Origin: Botryllus schlosseri
Lineage: Eukaryota
DNA: 64,000 nt
Assembly (NCBI GenBank): GCA_051294905.1
Contig: CM119378.1
Location: forward strand, 1,302,001-1,366,000
Reading direction: 5' to 3'
Under the pieces are notes generated by a model that searched no databases, had not been told where the DNA came from, and saw only the letters and a program-made list of their open reading frames with translations. The position numbers were made by a program, and so were the translations under genes. Below, in pieces: positions 39,831 through 51,200 of this stretch (position 1 is the first letter of the stretch; each line of letters begins with the position of its first letter).

Positions 39831-41200
39831 CAGAGTTGGATAATTTGTAATTGAGCTGAATGTAATTAATTACATTTTACAATGTAATTGTAATGTAATT
39901 GTAATTTGACAAAAATTTTGCTCAATTACAATTTCAATTACATTAAATTGCTATTGAGACCTGACAAGCACAACATAAAATAATTGACTTATAATGCATT
40001 TTCTTCAAATGTCGACAAGGAATTTGGTGGATCCATTCGCGGAAAGCCCTTGACTGCGCCCTTGCGGGCGAAGTTTTTTAATTTTTACCGCTGCGCTGGC
40101 CTCGGCTGCCATTGTATACAATTATTAGATTACTAACCAACGGATGGATTCGCAACACGTGACTCACGATTGAATACGCCGAGAAGCGAACTGCTGAGCC
40201 GGCTAAAAGCAGCAGAATTGATAGTCCCATAGCTGGCGATCCAAGCGTCGAAATTTGATATGTATGGTCCTAATCGAAAGCTAGTGTCGCACTGATTCCG
40301 CAATAAAAGTATATTTCCAGACAATGGTACCATCCCAAAATAGTCGTGAAAGTCTGGAAATCGGCATTGTTCTGAACAATCGCTGGGCGTAATTGGTCAT
40401 TGTTGTGGTCATGCTGCTGCAGCGCTCACACTTTTCAGAACAGTCGGCCTTAAACGGCTATTTTTGAGCAGTTACATTGCCCTGACGAGATTTTAATTTG
40501 TATTTTCGGAATTAGTGCATCAATAGCTTACGATAAAGACCAGATGCATCAAATTTGGACGCTTGGATCGCCAGCTCTAGGACTACAAAGTTTGCTGCTT
40601 TTAGCCGGCTCTGCAGTACGTTTGTCGGTGCATTCATCCGTGACTCACATCTTGCGCATCTATCCGTGGGTTGGCAATCTACAATACGATTTCAGATCAC
40701 GATGCTGCATCGTTACTTCGTCTGGCTAACTAACCAGACCACTTGATATTATATAACGTCTTATCTGACAAAGCAGGGTTTTGTTTTTACTCATCATCAT
40801 AATTCCTACGTCCCTCGATAAAAATAATATTATTTCTTTAATTATTATATACTATATACGCAAATCCAACACGTGCATATATTATAATACTTTTTTCAAC
40901 GACATACTGCATACTGGAATAGTTAGAAAACGTTTTTGCTTTTTATTAATCAACGGGTATTTGCGTATTATGAATGAAACATGAATACTTGAATTGTTGT
41001 TAATTACGACGCTACGGTTGTCAAGGAGCACGGTTGAATTTATGATTATTCAATTACATGTTCAACAGCAGCAATTGTAATTGTAATGTAATTGAAGCAT
41101 GCAAGGAGTAATTGTAATTGTAATGTAATTGAAACATGCATGAAAGTAATTGTAATTATAATTGTAATTGAACTGAAATAATGTAATTGATCCAACTATG
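39831..41200. mobile_element. hAT MITE with (gtaatt)n subtermini, nested
   Basis: TIRs are cagagttggat and atccaactatg, with TSD gctcacac (39823-39830) and gttcacac (41201-41208), one mismatch. Confidence 0.8.
40135..40676. repeat. Imperfect inverted repeat of about 170 bp (innermost nested element)
   Basis: For example gagccggctaaaagcagca...agctggcgatccaagcgtc (40196-40249) is mirrored by gacgcttggatcgccagct...tgctgcttttagccggctc (40558-40611). Confidence 0.75.
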
Positions 41201-43703
41201 GTTCACACCATCTCTAATATTTACAATATCGCTGGGCGATTGTATGGTTCATTTACAGTTGTATTCTTTTACATGCTGAATCGTGATAAAGCTAAATATG
41301 CTCAGTTTCGGGAATGTTTGAGGAGTTTCAAGGCGCTGTGCAATATGAAATGGTGTCCTGAATTCGGAAAATATGTACAGTGAGGTTTTGCATCACCCCA
41401 CACAACAGCTGCTCAAACTGCGACATATATGGGATTTTAGTAGGTCAAGGAAAATTGCAGCATCCAAATTTTACGGGAATCCCTCAGTTTCAGCCGATAT
41501 TCTTAAAGCTCAACATGCACACAGATGCAAGGGATTAGTTACAGAAAATATTAGCTAAAATATGTTTTTAGGGCATAAGGCATGGGAAACGGACAGAAAA
41601 CCATGACTTTTTGAAAGTCGGCCAATTCTGAACAAACCTAGTGTAATTCTATACGTCGCTAATTTGCTCAGATAAGCATTACTACGCAGTGCGAAATACA
41701 AGGGGTAAATTTTTCATGCCGCTCAATTGACCGGCAAAGTTGTGCTGATCCATGTATGCCGCTTACCTGATTTGCAATCAAGTTACGAGGTTGCGAGTCA
41801 CAAGTCAATTTCACTTTCATACTTCTGACTCGCGATAAGTCGAACGATTTAGTATTCGCCACCGATTCCAAGTTAGGGTGCAAAGGATTAAAGGATCATA
41901 GCTAGTGTTTATAACTGTTCATGTTCAGTGAGGAGTTCAAGTCATGTTCAACTCACTTTTTCACGACTTTGCTTGGATGATATCGAATATAATAATTTTG
42001 TCACCCCTTCCTGTTTACTCAAACGTATAAAAGCCAGTTTCTGGCGTTTGTTTTTAAGTAGGCTAGGCCTCTCGGTAATGATAATCGAGATACTATTAAT
42101 GTGGTAGCTTGACTATTCTTCGAAGTCGCAATGAAATGCTTATTGTATTGGCCAGGGATATCTAGTTCTAGTCAATTACTTTTCAAGCCCAATTCGAAGG
42201 TGACCCAAAATTATATCGCTAGTCAACATAAAGTCACATTGGCACAATAAACTACAGCGTGTGTTCTGTGTTGATTTTGCTGGGGACCACGAGTAAGTTA
42301 TAACTTTTCCAATGGACCGCTTCGTTAATTTCGTTGAGGTTTGAGAACCACTAATCTAGATGCATCATTTTAGTTTATTTCATTTCCAGGAACAGCAGTG
42401 GCTGTGTGGCCGTTCAAAGAAATAACTTGAAGATGCAGGAAGAAGCTTCAAGCTAGATGCTATATCTTTTTATTGTCGGCTGAGTATATGGGTGTTATTA
42501 GTACCCGATACGATCAGACTCTGTTGAAGACTCGAGTCATTTGCAATCCTGCCGTATTAATGACAGTATACGCGGCATACCTAACGTAACCTTGTTTGGC
42601 GCGTATGCTTCAACTCTCAGGTCATGCGAACTCAAGATGTTATTTCCTGTTATTATTATTATTAGACTCACCGCTCCCTTTCGCGACAAATGCAATCCAT
42701 GTGCACTGTGCAGCGTTCGCAAATTTGCCCGCGTGCCTAAAATGCGCCTAGCAGCAATTTCTCGAATGAGAAAGCCATGTCACTGAGTTTTTATGAAAGC
42801 GATAGCATGGCAGCTGGGTACGCACGAGGTACAGTTCTCGCAGTTACATGATGCGCGGTCAATAATCAATCCGGTATTGACAAGACGAATGACAAATTTA
42901 CTCAGCTCCACCTTGAAATGATCGCGATATCGCCGGCTGTCAGTACTCGCGATGTGATGAGGCTTCGCTGCTCAACATCTTAACGAGTAAAACTGGTGCA
43001 CAGACGAGACATTTGCCTTCTCAGTACGAGAACTGGCTGATTTTATGTGTAACATTCTAGTATAGAATTAAATTCAATTCCACGGTTCCGCGAACTCAGT
43101 CATTGTAATTCTAGTCTAATTTGGAAAAGCATAAAAATTTGTAGTTTCCAAGTCCAGACCTGTTAAGTGTGTAGACGTAGAATGATTTCTCAATGCACAT
43201 CCCATAGTATAACCTTTAATTTCCATACCGTTCCGATTTGAAATGCATAGAAATAATCGATCAAAAAAACGTTGCTTCGTTACTGCGCCAAGCATACATG
43301 CTGCATTCAGTGCATTGAGGAATATTGATCAATGTAAAAAGTGACGAAATCACTCGCAATTCACAGGGATAGATCTTTCCCTGATGGTTTCCAAACACAA
43401 AATGGCTACCTTCAAGCACTACTGTAACATTGACATAAACTAAGTCATGATATGCAGAATGTGAACACTTTTTTTGAGTGGTCATCAAACAATATCAGAA
43501 ACGGCGATAATTTTATTTCATTACCTTGGGTAAACAAACCTAACTCAATTGTGATAGAAGGTATATCGAGATAAGGTAACTGATGGTCCAAGACATCAGC
43601 AATAGTATCGACCGACCAAATTGCTTTACAAAATTTGCCAATATCAGACAAAAATACGTTGCTTGTAAACACTTTAATCTTTAAACTATTCCTATCCAAG
43701 TTT

Positions 43704-46338
43704 TCATTCCCAATGCATTTTCTTGACGATCTTTTCCTTATATCTCGCATCAAGCTCGTCGTTGGACTTCACAACTGCGACAGGTATTTTAGCGCACACG
43801 AGTTTATCATCGCCACTCAACAATTCCCATTCAACGAAAAGTTTTATCTGAACAAGAAATGTATCGTGATTTCATTTTGTCAAAAATTGGGATTAAGAAT
43901 TGACTAGTTTAACCGAGTTATGGGAAAGAAATTACAACCGGCTGTCAGTCAGTGGCTACTAACTCCGAGCATCTACGATCTACATCAAAGTTGGCTAATG
44001 ATCAACTAGTGAGTAGGGCTGCACAAAATAGAGGGAGAGTGATAAGATACTGAATCGAGTTATTAGGCTTCGAGTCGAGTAATACTCATTATGGCGCCAC
44101 TCAAAACAGTACTTATGTGTGTGGAAAGTTCAAAACATCTACCATGTGAGCGACCACAAAGACTAGAATGTCAGATCTACAGTACATCACACATTGTTTG
44201 GTATTTTTTTCGACCATACCTATTTAATTGCAGTTTGTGACTAAACTGCTGGTTGATCACAACTTCACTAGTTAGTCATCGACATGTCGAAAAGAGTCTA
44301 AATTATGTCAAAATTGTAGCGTTAGGTCAAAAAATGTCAAAATCGTTTACAAAGTCAAAATTCTTTTGCAACCTGCATTTCGTTTGTTTCGTAGATTTTG
44401 CACTTTTTCATGTAAAAATTTGTCAGTTTCTGAGTCTAAAAAAAGTTTTTCAGGCCAAACTACTTTGCAAGGACACACAGTTCCAACCAGAAATGAAGGT
44501 TAGTAGTACAATTCCAACATTATGTGGCAAAACACCTGATTTGCATACGTTACAAATCCAGTTTTCTAAGGTCAAAAAATGTCAAAATTTTGATTTTTAG
44601 GTCAAAATCATCCGTTTTCAGGTAAAAAGAAATCGCCCCAGTCATTTCCGATAACGCGTGTAGCTTTGTACTATACGTTCGTAGGCTATTTTGTGATACA
44701 ATCAATCGAGGTTTACAGCCATCCACAGTGGCAAAGAGTATCGAGACTACAATTCCTGTTGATACATTACCTTTAAGTGGAAAGGTGATCATAATTCCAG
44801 TGCTCTAAAAAATCATCTCTCACTACTAGACTAAAATCAGTAGAATCGATACTCAATTCAGAATAGAGTTAATCGAAACACCGTGCCCACTGCACAGCCT
44901 TACTAGTGAGTGATAACTAGACTAAAATCAGTAGAATCGATACTCAATTCAGAATAGAGTTAATCGAAACACCGTGCCCACTGCACAGCCTTACTAGTGA
45001 GTGATGAGGGCGGATAGTTCTTGTTAATACGGATGTACAATACATGAACGGATAGTGTTTGATGAACTTACTGCTGGATATTCACTGAGAATAGGCAGAG
45101 TAGCCTTGTAAACCACTGCGGTCCCAGGATCCAGAGGACAAGTCAATCCAGAGTTTTTGCAGCCGTCCGGCTGATCAAACGGAAACGGAACTGGTACGCC
45201 CGCCACCACTCCATAAATTTTCACCGCAACTGATTCAGCGCTGCTACCTGCAAGTTAGAATCAATACGTCAAGTATTTTTCACGCGACTTAATGATAACG
45301 AGCCAAATTCCAACATCCACGTTTGCGATTAATCTCGTGTATTCCTAACAAAGCATACGCAGGGCGAACGTCAGATCACGGCTACAACAAAGCAAGCATA
45401 GATATACGCAAACTTATATCGCCATCAGAGCCACTGTTTTAGCGGTTTATCACTGCATTCAAAAGGCCTGTCACCGTATTGTTGCCAATTCCATTGTTTG
45501 CGAATATCGTCTGATATAGGCCTACTGATAATTCATTTTATCAGCATCACTCTCACACGCACCAATGCAATAAAACCACCAACCTGGAGTAAATGTAATT
45601 TTCACAGTGTAATTGCTGCCATGCTTCAATTGACAGGGATTTGCTTCGCAGGGTTCAACATTGATGGTCACGTCTCCTGCTTTGGATCCTAAAACAGGTT
45701 ATATGATACGTAAATTTGAAGAAATTGGGTCAATCTAGACGAGGGATGGTTAAACTACGGCCCGTAACAGAGTTTCAAGAATCGGGATAACCGGCTTTCA
45801 TCCCTAATTTTGACGATGAGAACGACCAGCTTCAAAATTATTGTCAATGTTTCTGATGCATGTGCGTTATAATCGAATCGAAGTTTGGTTTTTTCTAAAT
45901 ATACAAATGGATATCTATTATCTCCGTGCCATATATCACTATATAATCACATACCAATATTGAATTTTGGCTTAGTATCTCAATTTTATATATACAGTGT
46001 GGCCCGCGAAGGGATTCAAATGTTGAATGCGGCCCGCATGCTTAAAAGTTTGCCCAGCCACTGTTCTAGATGAACACATAACTAGAAGAAAAAATACATT
46101 GATAAATGCCAAGACTAACCAGAACTTGCATAAATTTGAAGAAATTAGGTAATTCTAGGATAAAGTACGAATCCATAAACCATAAGGAAAAGTACATTGA
46201 TAAAGTTCAAGATTATTTAGCACTTCTATAATCACCAATTACTCAACAGACGGCATTGCAGCACTTACCACAGTCTTCAAATTGAACGTCAATTGCGAAC
46301 GCGCAAACAACAAAAGACAATAAGACTAGCGACTTCAT
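43704..46338 (-). CDS. NPC2: NPC intracellular cholesterol transporter 2 (ML domain)
   Basis: Exons 46338-46269, 45688-45584, 45247-45072 and 43847-43704 give MKSLVLLSFVVCAFAIDVQFEDCGSKAG..VEPCEANPCQLKHGSNYTVKITFTP..IYGVVAGVPVPFPFDQPDGCKNSGLTCPL..LPILSEYPAIKLFVEWELL..LVCAKIPV... with a signal peptide and the six ML-domain cysteines. Confidence 0.93.
44014..44902. mobile_element. hAT MITE (tagggct family) in NPC2 intron 3
   Basis: Ends are tagggctgcac and tgcacagcctta, with TSD ctagtgag at 44006-44013 and 44903-44910. Confidence 0.8.
44825..45005. repeat. Exact tandem duplication with a 91-bp period
   Basis: 44825-44914 is identical to 44916-45005 and includes the MITE end and its TSD. Confidence 0.9.
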
Positions 46339-47094
46339 ACTGTGTTACAGGGTATTGGATACTTCAATAAATGCAATGTACAAGTGCTGTAAAGAGATTG
46401 AAAGATTTTTACAGCAAGCGTCTTGGCATTGCACTCTCATATCTAATTAACAGTCAGCAGCCACTAGAAATCAGCGTTGCCATTCGGTCCGGGGTTCGTG
46501 ACAGAATACTGGATTCTGCGACTAAACAGCACTAGATCGACAAAGCATAAACACTATTTTAGAAATGTAGGTCAAAAGTTATGGATTCAAGTTAATCACA
46601 AACTACGTATGAAATGCATTAATTAGGACCATGGGTTCAACATGGACTTCTGAATGTGACACCATATACGCCCTGCTGAGTTCAGGGTCGCGATAAATGT
46701 CGCCAACGCAGGTCCCTTACTCTACTACTGAGTGACAAAAATGCATATAAGCAAGGCGGAACAATAACCAAACAGGCTTTGATTTTTAATTGCCACCCCT
46801 TGCAAAGTACATCAAAATAGAATCGTATTTTAAATGGATTTTAGTGGACTATACTTCTAAGAATATACTTAAACACTAGTTTAAGCCAAACTACACTGAC
46901 TAAATACAGTGCGACAACAGACTGAGATTGGCGACGACGCCGAAGTGGAGCCGACCTCAACTGGAGTCGGGTTGTTCCACTACACTGAGTTATATAAACA
47001 GCTAGTTCCCAATGTTGTATGTAATCCATAACATATAAACGGAAAAACGTACTGATCCTCGTCTAATTACCGTTCTACCTTGATTTCATAAAAG

Positions 47095-48067
47095 TTATTC
47101 ATCTATCCGGAAAGTAGTAATTAAAAATGCATACACTAGTGTTATAGTTACTATAATATAAGAATCATTTCGAAAGCGCGTGTGATCGGAAGATAGTTGA
47201 CCAAGACAATCGATGGGGCACACTCTCCGACTTTTGGACCCGAGTGGCGTGATGATCGTGCGGACGTCTCGATGGTCATTCAAAACGCTGCGGCGTACAC
47301 TAATCATAAAGTTTTGGGTGTGGTTTTGGAATGGAATACTCACTATCTGTTACTGTTTAAAGTGAACATGTCCCACATTATGCTGTAATATTACTTTCAC
47401 ATGGGACGAATCAAGAAATGACCTTGTCTACCAGTCCGCGAAAAGTTCGTGTACTTACGCGTAGCGGTCAAGATCACTGTTAATAATTGACAGCAAATCA
47501 TGTTAAACTCTTCAATCAAAACATATGTGTTACTGATTTCTGGAAATCCTTATAATGTATGATGAGCTGCAATCAATTTTCATCGTTGAGCATTTGTGTT
47601 TTCCGAAGACCGGCCGGTAATAAAATTTTATTTGAAACCAGTCCACACCCGAAAAGGTATTACCGACCCATGATCTCAAGAACAAAACCAATTTTGCCAC
47701 TTCGGTTTTATATCCTCACATTACCCTATACTGAAATTTGTTCCAACGCTATGTAGTTGCTTGCTTTGAAGACATCAGAATAATTTTTATTTTATTTCCG
47801 TCACTTCAAAACACCACAAGACTGTGATATAATGAAAATATAGGAGGGTGCCGAAACGATTTGGAGTAGCTTTTCAATCAGACACCAACCCTGGTCTCGA
47901 CTTTGAAATATGAGACCTCCTTATTTTGACGGTCAGCGAATTTACTTCAAGTCCACGTTCTGACCAAATCAACACTTCTGGTGCCTACATCAATCAGTTT
48001 TTGACGATGCTGTTTGCTATCAAACCTTCACTTACCGCATGAGGAATCTCAATGGGTGTTCCGTCAT
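47095..48067 (-). CDS. Putative small spliced ORF or upstream exons between DRC7 and NPC2
   Basis: Exons 48067-48036, 47476-47459, 47382-47344 and 47287-47095 have donors gtaagt, gtaagt and gtgagt and cag acceptors, all in phase 2. They give MTEHPLRFLMRDLDRYAIMWDMFTLNSNRYVLNDHRDVRTIITPLGSKSRRVCPIDCLG... No homolog was recognised. Confidence 0.4.
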
Positions 48068-48216
48068 GTCTAGGGTAGAGTGTAAGACAAGCGATGCTAC
48101 AGCCTACGTCAACTGGATCCCACAAATTATTCCAGCACTATACATCGCTGATGAGAGAAATCACACCAATTGTCAAACACCGGACAATACTTTATATCAA
48201 AATACAGCATCATATC

Positions 48217-48222
48217 TTTATT
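48217..48222 (-). terminator. Putative polyadenylation signal of DRC7
   Basis: AATAAA on the minus strand, about 20 nt after the stop codon at 48243. Confidence 0.55.
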
Positions 48223-48242
48223 AAAATTTCACATAGACATAG

Positions 48243-51200
48243 TTAAATATTTACTACTGCCAGTCGCGGATCTTGTCGCAATTTCTGCTCCAACGCCATG
48301 TATCTGTTGGGTGCCATTTGCTTGTGCCTAAAAAGAACAGTAAATAGGTCTGATCCAGCATATTCCTTGGAGTGATGCTGGTGTGATTTTGACACTCAGT
48401 ACTCTGTAGCGTTGTGAAATTTTAATCATGTAAAACTAGGTATGCGGAGTAACAGCAATTATTATGTGGCTACACTCCCTAACCTGACAAAATTGGGACC
48501 CCTACTTGGTCTGTTCTGAAGTGGCAACTGGGGTCCCTGACTCTTTCGCAACTATAACTGCCACCCTCTGTTCAAGTTATTTGCATCCGTCGAAACTGAG
48601 TATCTTCCGTGTGAAGATTTCGGTGAGTTGTTATTGTATGATCACAAGTAAAGCTCGAGTGATATCAGATTTTTCAGCTGATCCAGTATTCAAAGATACG
48701 GCATCTAACTCCTAAACTTCGGAGCATTTTGGAAGAGCTTTAGAGCCATTGCTACGTTACGAAATAACTAGAAAGGCCGCATCTAGACAATTGTAACGTA
48801 AAATAAATCTTCAAATCTAGCAAACACAGATTATAGTTCTATGGCTCCCTATCACCATGTTGTGACATCACGAAGATTGCTGATATCTTTGACCTCACAT
48901 GGCTGATATCGATACTTCTTTCAAAGTGTGTTATCGACTTAATATTATCGGCAAACGGATAAAATCGGTCAGGCTCTAATCAAAAGTTATTGCGATTGAG
49001 AGCCAAAGTATGACTTGAAATCGGTCATACCTGTTCAATCTCAGTTCCAAAATGTGAATTCTGAACATAGCCTCAGAGCAATAGTTATAATATTCCTCTT
49101 CATCCTCTTTCGTCATAGAAACTTGCTTCTGCTGATATTCCTGTTGTCGGCGATGGAGTTCAGATGTTTCCTGCAAAATTTTCTCATGTGGAATCCAATA
49201 ATATATTCATATTGAAACAAACCCGAATATTTTCAGCTGACACTCGTTAGGGGTAATCGACAACAACTAGCAAAGAATTGAAAGGAACTTTGTATATCAA
49301 CAGTCGTGTCACAAAACATGGCTCACAATCTACGGCACTCGGATAACACAGGTGAAGACGTACCTTTTCAAATCGGAGCTGTATCAGATTGGCCTTGTCG
49401 ATCAGTCGCTGCTTAAGATCTGCCATGCAGTCCTCCTTCAACTGGATAGCCTGCTTGGGCGAAATCTTTTCCGGATTTCCGATCTGAGCGAGGAATGGAG
49501 CCAGATAATCCATCTCCATTTCTTGGCGACGTAATTTTTCTTCTTGCGCCTGAATTTCCTGTAGACGATACACAGACATTGTCAGTGACAATGTAATTTT
49601 GTTCGGTTTTGCCTACCAGCACTACTTAATTGAGTGGTCGAACAGATTTTAGGCAAACCTACTTGCTTTTTACACTTTTGACGGTATTGATATTGGAATA
49701 AGTTTGCATAATTTTTGTGAGTGAAATGGTCATACAAAACTCGTGTAAAAGGCGCTGCATCACCGTAATTCAGTGTTTATTCAAAGATTTCAACCTTTTG
49801 TCCTATTTTCAAAAATACATCTTACCACTTCAAAAGTAGCCACCTCTGATTTACTAGTCAAAGTATGCCAGTATGAGCAACTCTACTTTTTGAGCTACAT
49901 ACTTGAGTAGACCTTTCATTTTCTACTCCCACCTAACGAAAATCGCTACTTCTACTTGTAATTGAGTAGTACTTGTTGAATAATCAATCACTAATTACCT
50001 TGAGAAAGTCTACCGATATATAGAAGTAGCTTTACATAAGAAATGCCAGGATACATGCATATATGATGCAGCAACAAGGACCATCTTATTTAACGTTATT
50101 AAAAATGTCACACCATTTCTTTTTTCTTCCGCTTCGCCTTCTCGTTTCTCTCCGTGTCATAAACGGAAATCGATAGTTCGTGCATCATTTCCTCGCGTTG
50201 CCTGTCCATCAAAATCTCGCGGACTTCCTCCTCAGAAGCTCTCACCGACTGCAATACAAAAGAGCCTTGCAAGAGAAACAATGTTCTAAGGAAATTAGGT
50301 AATGATTAGGGCAGGTTTTTGTTGCAGTTAAATCCGTAGAAACTTGCATTTATTTTCGACAAAAGTTGCAGTAAAAACTTGCAAAGTTGCACTAAAAAAC
50401 CACATATTGCTCCGTTGACTAATAAAAAAAATGGTCAACTTCCCAGTTCCACTCCCGAAATACAGTTTTCCAACCACATTCTCTATTGGTTGACTAAAAA
50501 AAAAAGGTCAACTTTCCTTCTCAGTTGCAAAATGTTGCATGAATAAAAATGGACAAAAGTTGCAAAAAGTTGCACTATAAGATTCCTTCAAACAGCTTAA
50601 AACCGCATTCTACATATCTTACAAGTATTTAGGAAGCTGCCGGAAGCTGTAAAAAAAAGTTGCAAAAGTTGCAAAAACTTGCCCTAGTAATGATATATTC
50701 AGTCGATATTCAATAGATATAGCATCCAGGTGTAAGGTGCATTTCCAAAACTACAGGGCATTTATTAGAACACTTTTACAGCCATTGCTATTCTTGGACA
50801 TGAAATAAACTAGAAAGGCTGCATCTCGACACCCGGAAGCTGAAAGGAATATGTCAAAATTCCTAGTCTCGGAGTCGCAGATTATAGTTCCCTGACTCCC
50901 TGCAATCATGCTGTGACGTCACGAAAATTTCCGATATTTTTTACCTATAAAGGAGGATACCGATATTTCTTTCAAATTGTGATCTTGACTCGGTATTATC
51001 GGCGAACCAATTAATCGGTCTGGGTCTTATCATGATTTCAGTCCAAACCTATAGAGCTCGACTCACTTGAATGCATTTCTGCTCAATCTGAATCAGCACC
51101 ACCAATTGGTCGTAAACAGACAGATGTTTCGAAGGTGCAGCGTGCGAATCGACCTGAAAAATCAAGGAAACTTGATTCAAAAGGCACTATTCAATTCAAT

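Larger units (their letters stand above)
38906..41216. mobile_element. hAT MITE nested in the long-TIR element
   Basis: TIRs are tagggatggtgtga and tcacaccatctcta, with TSD atatttac at 38898-38905 and 41217-41224 and gtgaac/gcgaac subterminal repeats. Confidence 0.85.
37137..41640. mobile_element. Long-TIR (about 0.7 kb arms) foldback-type element with an interrupted right arm
   Basis: The left arm at about 37137-37870 is mirrored by about 38580-38905 plus 41217-41640 (ends taggttgttcagaattg and caattctgaacaaaccta). No TSD and no ORF were found. Confidence 0.8.
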
